Positions 40,245 to 48,534 of a stretch of DNA of 64,000 nt are shown here, piece after piece. A program made the position numbers and the translations under genes. How positions within the stretch are numbered: the first letter of the stretch is position 1; each line of letters opens with the position of its first letter. This DNA comes from Longimicrobiales bacterium (GTDB lineage: Bacteria > Gemmatimonadota > Gemmatimonadetes > Longimicrobiales > Gaopeijiaceae), in the NCBI GenBank assembly GCA_965116905.1, contig OZ220732.1, positions 3,808,001 to 3,872,000 of the forward strand, read 5' to 3'. Under the pieces are notes generated by a model. That model made no database searches. It saw only the letters and a program-made list of their open reading frames with translations, and was not told the DNA's origin.

Positions 40245-40250
40245 GGGAAC

Positions 40251-40300
40251 TTGACAGCGTGCGACTCGCCCCCGCACTTTGTTCGGCAACCGAACAAAGT
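40251..40300 (+). promoter_or_regulatory. Sigma70-like promoter (TTGACA-N18-CACTTT) overlapped by a palindromic operator ACTTTGTTCGG-CAA-CCGAACAAAGT (40276-40300)
   Basis: Perfect 11-3-11 palindrome; an identical element occurs on the opposite strand at 51827-51876; a ROK regulator gene lies in the locus. Confidence 0.85.
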
Positions 40301-40373
40301 CAGGGAAGTGGTGCTCCGGGACTCAAGGCATCGGGCGGTCCCCGGAGGTATCCGCTCAACGCGGGATGGAAAC

Positions 40374-42326
40374 ATGACAGCGAGCGCCTCAGATCGGCCG
40401 ACAGTCGCGCCCCGGTCAACCTACGGCGGAATGCGCGTCGCCATTCGAGCGGCCGTGCCGGTCATGGTCCTCATCGGCGCCGCCAGCTGTGAACGGGATA
40501 TCGCCACGCTCGATCCTGCTCCGTTTCCCCCGGAAGCGGAGGTCTTCTACGACGGCTTCGGTCCCGGAGTGCAGTTCTCGGCCTTTGGCGGCTCCAAGGT
40601 CGACGCCCTGGCCATTGAGCACGACGAGGTCTACCGCGGGACCGCCGCACTCAAGTTCACGATACCCGCGCCCACGGATCCCTCCGGCGGCTACGCCGGC
40701 GGCGTCTTCTACTCCGAGGTGCCCCGCGACCTCACCGGCTTTGACGCGCTCACCTTCTGGGCCAGGGCAAGCACTGCGGCCACGGTCAACACCATCGGGA
40801 TCGGCAACGACAACACCGGCGGTTCGCGCTATCCCGCCACGATCGAGGGGCTTCCTTTCTCCACGCGCTGGACGAAGTACGTCGTCCCCTTTCCGCTTCC
40901 GTCCAGGTTGGGCCAGGAGACCGGCCTCTTCCTGATCGCGGAGGGTTCCGAGTACCCGGTCGGCTACGACATCTTCTTCGACGACGTGCAGTTCGAGCGG
41001 CTCGGGACGATCATCAACCCGAGGCCCGCCATCGCGACACAGACGGTAAACGGTGAAGTGGGAGGGACGCTGTCGGTCGGCGGCACGCAGGTGACCTTCG
41101 ACGTCGGCGGCAAGGACCAGACGGTTCTTGCGGCTCCGGCCTACTTCACCTTCACCTCTTCCAATTCGGGAGTGGCCTCGGTGACCCCGGACGGCTCGAT
41201 CTCGCTGATTTCGTCGGGCACCGCCACGATCACCGCCACTCTGGGCTCCACCGCCGCCGCGGGTGCGGTCACCGTCAACGTCACGGCGCCCCCCACGGGC
41301 GCGCCTCCCACTCCCGCGCATCCGGCCGGAGACGTGATCTCCCTGTTCAGCGACGCCTACGATGATGTCCCGGTCGACACCTGGTCGGCGGTCTGGGACC
41401 AGGCGGACGTCGAGGACATCCGGGTCGCCGGCAACCCGGTCAAGAAGTACACCAACCTGGCCTACGCCGGCATCGAGTTCACCTCGCAGCCGATCAACGC
41501 AGCGTCCATGACCGAACTCCACGTCGATCTCTGGACCAACGATCCTTCCGCTTTCCGGATCAAGCTGGTCGACTTCGGAAGCAACGGGGTCTTCGGAGGC
41601 GGCGACGACACGGAACACGAGATCACCCTCGATCAGGGCTCGATGCCACCCATCGCCGCCGGAGCCTGGAACACCCTCGACATCCCGCTCTCGGCCTTTA
41701 CGGGTCTCCTGAACCGGGGCAACCTGGCGCAGATGATCATCTCCGGATCCAGCCCGACCGTCTACCTGGACAACATCTACTTCTTCACCACCAAGCCGCC
41801 TCCGCCGAGCGCGCCCAGCGAGGCCGCCCCGACGCCGACGCACGCCGCGACCGACGTTGTGTCGCTCTTCAGCGACGCCTACAAGGACGCGGCCGTCGAT
41901 ACGTGGTCGGCTTCCTGGGACCAGGCCGATGTCGAGGATGTGCAGATCGCGGGCGACGCCGCCAAGAAGTACAGCAACCTGGTCTTCGCCGGCATCGAGT
42001 TCACCTCGGCGACGCTCGACGCCACCGGGATGACGCACTTCCACATGGATCTCTGGACGCCGGATCCAACGGCAGACCCGTCGGCCTTCCGGATCAAGCT
42101 CGTCGACTTCGGTCCCGATGGCGGCTTCGGCGGAGGGGACGACACCGAACACGAATTGACGTTGAATGCAATGTCCGATCCGCCGCTGGCGACGGGAATG
42201 TGGGTGAGCTACGACATTGTCCTGACGGCGTTCACGGGGCTGACGACACGCGGGCACCTTGCCCAGATGATCATCTCCGGTGATCCGAACACGGTGTTTA
42301 TCGACAACGTGTACCTGCACAAGTAA
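40374..42326 (+). CDS. Carbohydrate-binding lipoprotein: CBM-like domain, Ig-like (Big_2) domain, two tandem CBM-like repeats
   Basis: Lipobox AASC; DLTGFDALTFWARA; FTSSNSGVASV...GTATITAT; two repeats of about 174 aa (VISLFSDAY...YAGIEF...FRIKLVDFG...DNIYF). Alternative start 40430. Confidence 0.8.
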   Translation: MTASASDRPTVAPRSTYGGMRVAIRAAVPVMVLIGAASCERDIATLDPAPFPPEAEVFYDGFGPGVQFSAFGGSKVDALAIEHDEVYRGTAALKFTIPAPTDPSGGYAGGVFYSEVPRDLTGFDALTFWARASTAATVNTIGIGNDNTGGSRYPATIEGLPFSTRWTKYVVPFPLPSRLGQETGLFLIAEGSEYPVGYDIFFDDVQFERLGTIINPRPAIATQTVNGEVGGTLSVGGTQVTFDVGGKDQTVLAAPAYFTFTSSNSGVASVTPDGSISLISSGTATITATLGSTAAAGAVTVNVTAPPTGAPPTPAHPAGDVISLFSDAYDDVPVDTWSAVWDQADVEDIRVAGNPVKKYTNLAYAGIEFTSQPINAASMTELHVDLWTNDPSAFRIKLVDFGSNGVFGGGDDTEHEITLDQGSMPPIAAGAWNTLDIPLSAFTGLLNRGNLAQMIISGSSPTVYLDNIYFFTTKPPPPSAPSEAAPTPTHAATDVVSLFSDAYKDAAVDTWSASWDQADVEDVQIAGDAAKKYSNLVFAGIEFTSATLDATGMTHFHMDLWTPDPTADPSAFRIKLVDFGPDGGFGGGDDTEHELTLNAMSDPPLATGMWVSYDIVLTAFTGLTTRGHLAQMIISGDPNTVFIDNVYLHK

Positions 42327-42387
42327 CCCGCCCGGCCGAACGGCTGCGCGAGGCCGGGGACGAGCTGGCGGCAAGGAGGCCGGCGAC

Positions 42388-43605
42388 ATGGAGGAGACGA
42401 GATCGGTACGGGCTGCCCCCCCTGCCTCGGACGGGAACCTTGCGACCACGGTCCTCAACCTCGTATGGAAACGTCGCGAACTCTCACGTGCCGAGATCGC
42501 CCGCCACACCGGGCGCTCGCGTTCCACGATCTCCGAAGTCGTCGCGCGGCTGCTCGACACCGGGCTGGTCGAGGAGGTGGGCAGCGGGGAGAGCAGGGGC
42601 GGACGGCGCCCCATCCTGATCGGGTTCCGGGACGGCGCCGGGGTCATTCTCGGCGTCGACCTGGGCGCGACCCACGTCTCCGTCATCCTGACCGATCTGC
42701 GGGGATCGGCGCTGGCGTGGCACGACCGAGCCTACCCGGTGCGCACCGATCCCGGCGGCGCGGGGAAGCTCGTGGTGGAACTGTGCCGCGACTGCGTTAC
42801 GGAGTGGAACGGGGACAGCCGACTGTTGATGGGCATCGGGGTGGCCGTGCCAAGTCCGGTCGATCCGGAATCTCCGGATCGCGTGCTGGAGCGCATCCAC
42901 CCGGCATGGCGGGGGCGCGCAATCCTGGACAGGCTCGACGCATCCTTCGGCGCACCCGTTTTCGTCGACAACGACGCCAACCTCGGTGCGGTGGCCGAAC
43001 GCTGGTGGGGCAAGGCGCAAGGCGTGGACGACTTCATCTACCTGAAGGTCGCCACCGGGGTAGGTGCCGGTCTCATGATCGGCGGGGAGATATACCGCGG
43101 CTCGACGGGAGTGGCCGGCGAGATCGGCCACATCGTGGTCGACCCCAGCGGCCCCGAATGCGTGTGCGGGAGTCATGGCTGCCTGGCCACATTCGTGGGC
43201 ACCGGGGCCTTGGTCGAAAGGACCAGGGACCTTCTCCGAAGCTCGCCCCCAAGCACCCTGGCCGGCATGGACCTGAACATCAGGATCATCGAAGAAGCGG
43301 CGCTGCGGGACGATCCGGTGGCTCTCCGGGTCGTGCACGAAGCAGCTCATCACCTGGGCATCGCCCTGGCGGGCCTGCTCAATCTGCTGAATCCCGGATC
43401 AGTTGTAGTTGGGGGCAGCCTCGCCCGCGCCGGAGACCGGCTGCTGCTTCCGCTACGCGAGGCCGTGCTTCGGCGCACCCTCGTCACTTCGGCAGCCGCC
43501 GCCGAAATCGTCGTGAGCGAACTGGGGCCTCGCGCCACGGCATTGGGCGCGGCGACACACGTCCTGGTCGCCGCCCTCGCCGACCCCAGCCTCTTTCCGA
43601 AGTGA
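42388..43605 (+). CDS. ROK family transcriptional repressor
   Basis: N-terminal HTH LSRAEIAR.TG.SRSTIS, GGRRP, GVDLG, DNDANLGA.AE, AGEIGH, CVCGSHGCL; AAGGAGG RBS. Confidence 0.95.
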   Translation: MEETRSVRAAPPASDGNLATTVLNLVWKRRELSRAEIARHTGRSRSTISEVVARLLDTGLVEEVGSGESRGGRRPILIGFRDGAGVILGVDLGATHVSVILTDLRGSALAWHDRAYPVRTDPGGAGKLVVELCRDCVTEWNGDSRLLMGIGVAVPSPVDPESPDRVLERIHPAWRGRAILDRLDASFGAPVFVDNDANLGAVAERWWGKAQGVDDFIYLKVATGVGAGLMIGGEIYRGSTGVAGEIGHIVVDPSGPECVCGSHGCLATFVGTGALVERTRDLLRSSPPSTLAGMDLNIRIIEEAALRDDPVALRVVHEAAHHLGIALAGLLNLLNPGSVVVGGSLARAGDRLLLPLREAVLRRTLVTSAAAAEIVVSELGPRATALGAATHVLVAALADPSLFPK

Positions 43606-43611
43606 ATTGGC

Positions 43612-44466
43612 ATGATCGCCATCCAATCCGAACGGTGCCGCGGCCTCCGTGATCCGGGGGGCCCGCGCGGTCTGGTCATTGTTCCTTTGCTCGGTATGGC
43701 TCTGACCGCCTGCGACGATGGCACGACCGTAAACGAGGTTTCCTGGGAACTTGCCTGGAGCGACGAATTCGAGGGTCCCGCCGGCCAGCTTCCCGACCCG
43801 GCCAAGTGGGCCTTCGACATCGGCACCGACTGGGGCAACGCCCAGCTGGAATTCGACACCGACCGGCCCGAGAACGTGTCTCTGGACGGGAGCGGCAACC
43901 TGGCCATCACCGCACGCCGGGAATCCTATCAGGGCAGCGCGTACACGTCCGGCCGGATCAAGACGCAAGGGCTCTTCGAGCAGGCGTATGGCCGTTTCGA
44001 GGCACGGATCCGGCTCCCCACCGGGCAGGGTATCTGGCCCGCCTTCTGGATGCTCGGCAACGACATCGACGCGGTAGGCTGGCCGCAGTGCGGCGAGATC
44101 GACATCATGGAATACCGGGGTCAGGAGCCGAGTCTGGTGCTCGGCACCGTGCACGGACCCGGCTACTCCGCGAGTGCGGGAGTCACCGGCCGCTACGCCC
44201 TGTCCGGAGCGCGCTTCGACACCGGCTTCCATGTTTTCTCGATCGAGTGGACGGACGAGGACATCAAGTGGTTTGTCGACGGTGAGCACTACCACACCGT
44301 GGGTCCCGGCGACACCGGCGGCGAATGGGTCTTCGACCATCCCTTCTTCATCCTCCTCAATGTCGCGGTGGGCGGTGGCTTCGTGGGACCGCCCAACGAA
44401 TCCACGTCCTTCCCCCAGACCATGCTGGTCGACTGGGTGCGCGTCTACCAGAGCGACCGGGAATGA
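43612..44466 (+). CDS. GH16 laminarinase-type endo-beta-1,3-glucanase (lipoprotein)
   Basis: WSDEF, YTSGRIKT, YGRFEARI, WPAFWMLG, WPQCGEIDIME catalytic motif, LNVAVGG; lipobox LTAC. Confidence 0.93.
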   Translation: MIAIQSERCRGLRDPGGPRGLVIVPLLGMALTACDDGTTVNEVSWELAWSDEFEGPAGQLPDPAKWAFDIGTDWGNAQLEFDTDRPENVSLDGSGNLAITARRESYQGSAYTSGRIKTQGLFEQAYGRFEARIRLPTGQGIWPAFWMLGNDIDAVGWPQCGEIDIMEYRGQEPSLVLGTVHGPGYSASAGVTGRYALSGARFDTGFHVFSIEWTDEDIKWFVDGEHYHTVGPGDTGGEWVFDHPFFILLNVAVGGGFVGPPNESTSFPQTMLVDWVRVYQSDRE

Positions 44467-46571
44467 CCTCTCGCGGCGACACCCGGCCCCGGGACCGCAT
44501 ATCATTCCCGCACAAGGTCGCCTATGGGATTGGCGGGTTCGTCAACAACCTGCTGGCCTCGGCGATCGGCGGGATGACGATCATACTCACTCTGGCTTTG
44601 GGTGTCAGTCCCGCGCTCGTCGGACTGTTGGGGGCCCTTCCACGCATCTTCGACGCGATCACCGATCCCCTCGTGGGATTCATTTCCGACAACACGAAGT
44701 CGCGCTGGGGGCGCCGGCGGCCCTACATCTTCGCCGGGGCCATCTTCACCGGGATCGTGTTTGCGCTCCTCTGGCAGATTCCCGCCCCGGCACAGTTTCG
44801 CCTCAAGCTCGTGGACTACGGCGCGGACGGCATCTACAGCGGTCCACACGCGGTCCAGGAAACCGAGACGGTGGGTGTCGCACAGGCCGTTCGAGGCCGA
44901 ATGGGGGGTGCCCGGCGAATGGACGATGTCGAGCACGAGGTGACCATAATCCCCCCGACCCTTGTCACGGGCCAGTGGGTCGGCATCGACGTCCCCCTGG
45001 CAAGCTTCGACCAGTTGACCACGCGCGACCACCTCGCCCAGATCCTGATCTCGGGCGATCTGGAAAACGTCTACGTCGACAACATCTATCTCTACCGGGA
45101 AGAAGATGCAGGAGAGGGCGCGGCCGCGCCGGCGCTCGAAGACGTAGAGGGAGCGACGGAGCCGACGACCGCCGCGCCGGAGCCCACGCGACCGGCCGAG
45201 GACGTCATTTCCTTCTTCAGCGACGCCTACGACGATGTCCCGGTCGGGTATTTCTCCACGGACTGGGACCGGTCGGACGTGGAAGACGCGTTCGCGGGCG
45301 GCGATCCCGTCAAGCACTACTACAACCTTCGCTTCGCAGGGATCGACTTCGGCGAGCAGACGGTGGACGCCACCGCAATGACGCACGTGCATCTCGACAT
45401 CTGGACGCCCGACGCGACGCCCGAGGGCCGGAGCGACATGTACTACTTCTGGTACTTCCTGATCGGGTCGCTGATCTTCTTCCTGGGCTACACGGTCTTT
45501 GCCACGCCCTGGGTTGCGCTCGGCTATGAGCTGACGCCCGACTACAACGAGCGCACGCGGCTGATGGGCGTCCAGAACTTCATCAGCAACTTTGCGTTCA
45601 TCATCGCTCCGTGGTTCCTGGTGATCATGACGAATCCGGACTGGTTCCGTAACCAGATCGACGGCGCCAGGTTCCTCGCACTGATGATCTGCATCGCGAC
45701 GGTCGCCCTGGGCGTCCTTCCCGCCGTCTTCCTGCGCGAACGCCTTGCGCCGACGCCCGAAGCCACCCGGGCTCGAGCCGACGCGCCAGCCGGAAGCAAG
45801 GGGCTCGGCGCGAACGTCACCGAGTTCCTGTCAGGCCTGTTGAAGACCGTCAAATCCGGGCCGTTTCTGCTGCTGTGCCTCGCGACCTTCCTGATCTTCA
45901 ACAGCTTTATCATGATCTCGTCGTTCCAGATCTTCGTGTTCATCTACCACATTTCCGAGGGAAGCCAGGTGAACGGCGCCTGGCTCGCCGGCATAGTGGG
46001 TACGGTGGGGATGGTGGCGGGTTTCGGGGCCATCGTTGTGGTCACCTGGCTGGGCACCAGGATCGGAAAGCGGAGGGCGTTCTTCGTCTCGACGGCCATT
46101 TCCATGCTCGGCTACGCGTTGAAATGGTTCTGTTACCGCCCCGAGTACCCCATGCTGGCTCTCGTGCCCGCGCCCTTCCTCGCGTTCGGCCTGAGCGGAC
46201 TCTTCACCCTGATGGGTTCGATGATCGCGGACGTGGTGGATCTGGACGAACTCGGGAACATGGACGCCCAGGGACGAAGCCAGCGACGGGAAGGGATGTT
46301 CGGCTCCATCTACTGGTGGGTCGTCAAGGTCGGTCAGGCGGCAGCGATCGGACTCGGCGGACTCCTCCTGGTCGCAACCGGATTCGATGTCGACCTGGGA
46401 GCCAACCAGGGGGCGCAAACGCTCGTCCTGATGCGCGTCTTCGACGCCTTCATCCCCCTGGCCGCATCCGGTCTCGCCATCTACGCGATCGCCAGGTTCC
46501 CGATCACGGAACAGATGGCGCTCCGGACACGCGAGGAACTGGAGCGGCGGCGGGCGGGCGCGGCGGCGTAG
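44463..46571 (+). CDS. GPH-family MFS sugar transporter with an inserted CBM-like domain
   Basis: KVAYGIG, RIFDAITDPLVGFISD..KSRWGRRRP, ELTPDYNERTRL, SMIADVVD, RREG; insertion of about 210 aa after TM3. ATGA overlap with the GH16 stop. Confidence 0.9.
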   Translation: MTSRGDTRPRDRISFPHKVAYGIGGFVNNLLASAIGGMTIILTLALGVSPALVGLLGALPRIFDAITDPLVGFISDNTKSRWGRRRPYIFAGAIFTGIVFALLWQIPAPAQFRLKLVDYGADGIYSGPHAVQETETVGVAQAVRGRMGGARRMDDVEHEVTIIPPTLVTGQWVGIDVPLASFDQLTTRDHLAQILISGDLENVYVDNIYLYREEDAGEGAAAPALEDVEGATEPTTAAPEPTRPAEDVISFFSDAYDDVPVGYFSTDWDRSDVEDAFAGGDPVKHYYNLRFAGIDFGEQTVDATAMTHVHLDIWTPDATPEGRSDMYYFWYFLIGSLIFFLGYTVFATPWVALGYELTPDYNERTRLMGVQNFISNFAFIIAPWFLVIMTNPDWFRNQIDGARFLALMICIATVALGVLPAVFLRERLAPTPEATRARADAPAGSKGLGANVTEFLSGLLKTVKSGPFLLLCLATFLIFNSFIMISSFQIFVFIYHISEGSQVNGAWLAGIVGTVGMVAGFGAIVVVTWLGTRIGKRRAFFVSTAISMLGYALKWFCYRPEYPMLALVPAPFLAFGLSGLFTLMGSMIADVVDLDELGNMDAQGRSQRREGMFGSIYWWVVKVGQAAAIGLGGLLLVATGFDVDLGANQGAQTLVLMRVFDAFIPLAASGLAIYAIARFPITEQMALRTREELERRRAGAAA

Positions 46572-46578
46572 GTCGGCG

Positions 46579-48498
46579 TCAGCGCGGCCCGGCGCCCCGC
46601 CGCTCCTGTCGCGGTCGCAGTGTCTCGCCTCGGACCGCCAGCCCATGGCCCCGGGGAAAGAGGATGTTCTCCCCGCCCGGCCCGGCACCGTTGCCGGTCG
46701 GGTCCGTCGGTGTTCTGCCCGGCCAGGTGGACGACAGCCGCCCCGTGAACTCGTGGTCGCCGAAGAGCACGTCGGCCACGCCCGCGCCCTCCGAGCCAGG
46801 CAGCCACGCCGCGACGAAGGCCGCCGATTCGGCGAGTTCCGCGTCCACCACGAGGGGGCGGCCCGAAATGAGGACCGTGACCACGTGTATGCCGCGCGCT
46901 GCCAGTCTGCGAATGGTGGCGAGGTCCTCGGGGTGCAGGGTGGCAAGCTCCAGGGTCTGTCCATACGGCATGAGCACACCAGGACCTGCGGGCAGGTGGT
47001 TGGCGCCGGGGCGAACGGGGCTCGGGTCCCGGATGTCACCCACCCCCTCGGCGTATGGACGCTCGCCGATGACCACCACAGCCGTATCGAAGTCGTCGGC
47101 CTCGGCGACTGCTCCACCGTTACCGCAGAGCACAGACCCCGGCGCCACATCCCGAATACCCTCCCAGATCGAGGTGCCGCCCGGAACCCTCTCGTTGCCC
47201 GAGATGCCCTGCCATTCGACGGTGAAGCCGCCGCACTGCCGCCCGCGGTCGTGCGCGTTGCGGCCCGTGACCAGAATGCGCGCGCCGCGGCGGAGGGGCA
47301 GGGCGCCGCCCTCGTTCTTGAGGAGCACGAGGGACTTGCGCACCGCTTCCCGGGCGACCTCGCGGTGCTCGCGTGACCCGAAGCCCGCGCCGTCGGCCCT
47401 CCCGCGCAGCGCCGGGCGCGCCTTGTCGAACAGGCCGCTCGCGAGCTTGACCCGCAGGATCCTCGTCACCGCGTCGTCGATCCGCTCGATGGGCACTGCG
47501 CCCCGTTCGACCTGTGAGATCAGCCCCGAGATGAGCTCCCGCCACGTCTCCGGCACCATGAACATGTCGACGCCCGCGTTGACCGCCATCGCCGCGGCCT
47601 CGCCGTAGTCGTCCGCCAGCGGATCGACGCCGTTCCAGTCCGAGACGACGAAGCCGGCAAAGCCCAGTTCACCCTTCAGCACGTCCCGTATCAGGTATCG
47701 GTGTGCGTGGCACTTCGAACCGTTCCAGCTGCTCAGCGAGGCCATCACCGTGAGGACGCCGGCATCGAGCGCGGGGAGGTAGGGTGCGACATGGAGGCGG
47801 CGCAACTCCACCTCGTCGGCGAGCGTGTCGCCCTGGTCCACGCCGGCATCGGTGCCGCCGTCTCCGACCCAGTGCTTGGCGCAGGCCAGAACGCTGTCCG
47901 GACCCGGTCCCGCGAGGCCGTCTCCGCGGCCCGCCTCCTGCAGTCCACGCACGATCCGCGCCGCGTACTCCGCCACCAGCGCGGGATCCTCCGAGTAGCT
48001 CTCGTAGGTGCGCCCCCAGCGCGGATCGCGCGCGACGGCAAGCGTGGGCGCGAAGGTCCAGTCCACGCCGGTGGCCAGCACTTCCAGCGCCGTGACCCGC
48101 CCGATCCGTTCGACGAGATCCGGGTCGCCCGCCGCCCCCAATCCGATGTTGTGTGGGAAAACCGTCGCGCCGAGGACGTTGGCGTTGCCGTGGATCGCAT
48201 CGACCCCGTAGAGGATCGGTATCGCCATGTGGTCCTCGTCCTCTTCCATCGAGGCCGACCAGTACGCGTCGTTCATCGCCACCCAGTCGGCCGGGCGGTT
48301 GCGGCCCGGGCACGAACCGCCGCCGCTCAGCACCGAACCGATGTGGTACGCCTTGACCTGCGCGGGGCTGACGTGCTGCCGTTCCGGCTGCGTCATCTGC
48401 CCGATCTTCTGCGCAAGCGTCATGCGCACGACCAGGTCGCCGGCACGCTCCGCGATCTCGGCCGTGTGGCCGTGGGCGACGCTTGTGAACCCGTTCAC
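46579..48498 (-). CDS. GH3 beta-glucosidase (exo-beta-1,3-glucosidase-like), no signal peptide
   Basis: QKIGQMTQ, GVDAIHG, FPHNIGLGA, RDPRWGRTYES, CAKHWVGDG, FVVSDW nucleophile, SLVLLKN, AAWLPGSEG. Confidence 0.95.
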   Translation of the reverse strand: MNGFTSVAHGHTAEIAERAGDLVVRMTLAQKIGQMTQPERQHVSPAQVKAYHIGSVLSGGGSCPGRNRPADWVAMNDAYWSASMEEDEDHMAIPILYGVDAIHGNANVLGATVFPHNIGLGAAGDPDLVERIGRVTALEVLATGVDWTFAPTLAVARDPRWGRTYESYSEDPALVAEYAARIVRGLQEAGRGDGLAGPGPDSVLACAKHWVGDGGTDAGVDQGDTLADEVELRRLHVAPYLPALDAGVLTVMASLSSWNGSKCHAHRYLIRDVLKGELGFAGFVVSDWNGVDPLADDYGEAAAMAVNAGVDMFMVPETWRELISGLISQVERGAVPIERIDDAVTRILRVKLASGLFDKARPALRGRADGAGFGSREHREVAREAVRKSLVLLKNEGGALPLRRGARILVTGRNAHDRGRQCGGFTVEWQGISGNERVPGGTSIWEGIRDVAPGSVLCGNGGAVAEADDFDTAVVVIGERPYAEGVGDIRDPSPVRPGANHLPAGPGVLMPYGQTLELATLHPEDLATIRRLAARGIHVVTVLISGRPLVVDAELAESAAFVAAWLPGSEGAGVADVLFGDHEFTGRLSSTWPGRTPTDPTGNGAGPGGENILFPRGHGLAVRGETLRPRQERRGAGPR

Positions 48499-48534
48499 AA
48501 TTCGAATTGACGAAGGCGGCAGCCGGTCGTCCCG

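Noticed and set aside
40276..40300. Palindrome read as a rho-independent terminator of the SLC13 gene
   Set aside because: No U-tract, it overlaps a -10 element, and it recurs identically at a second promoter, so an operator fits better.
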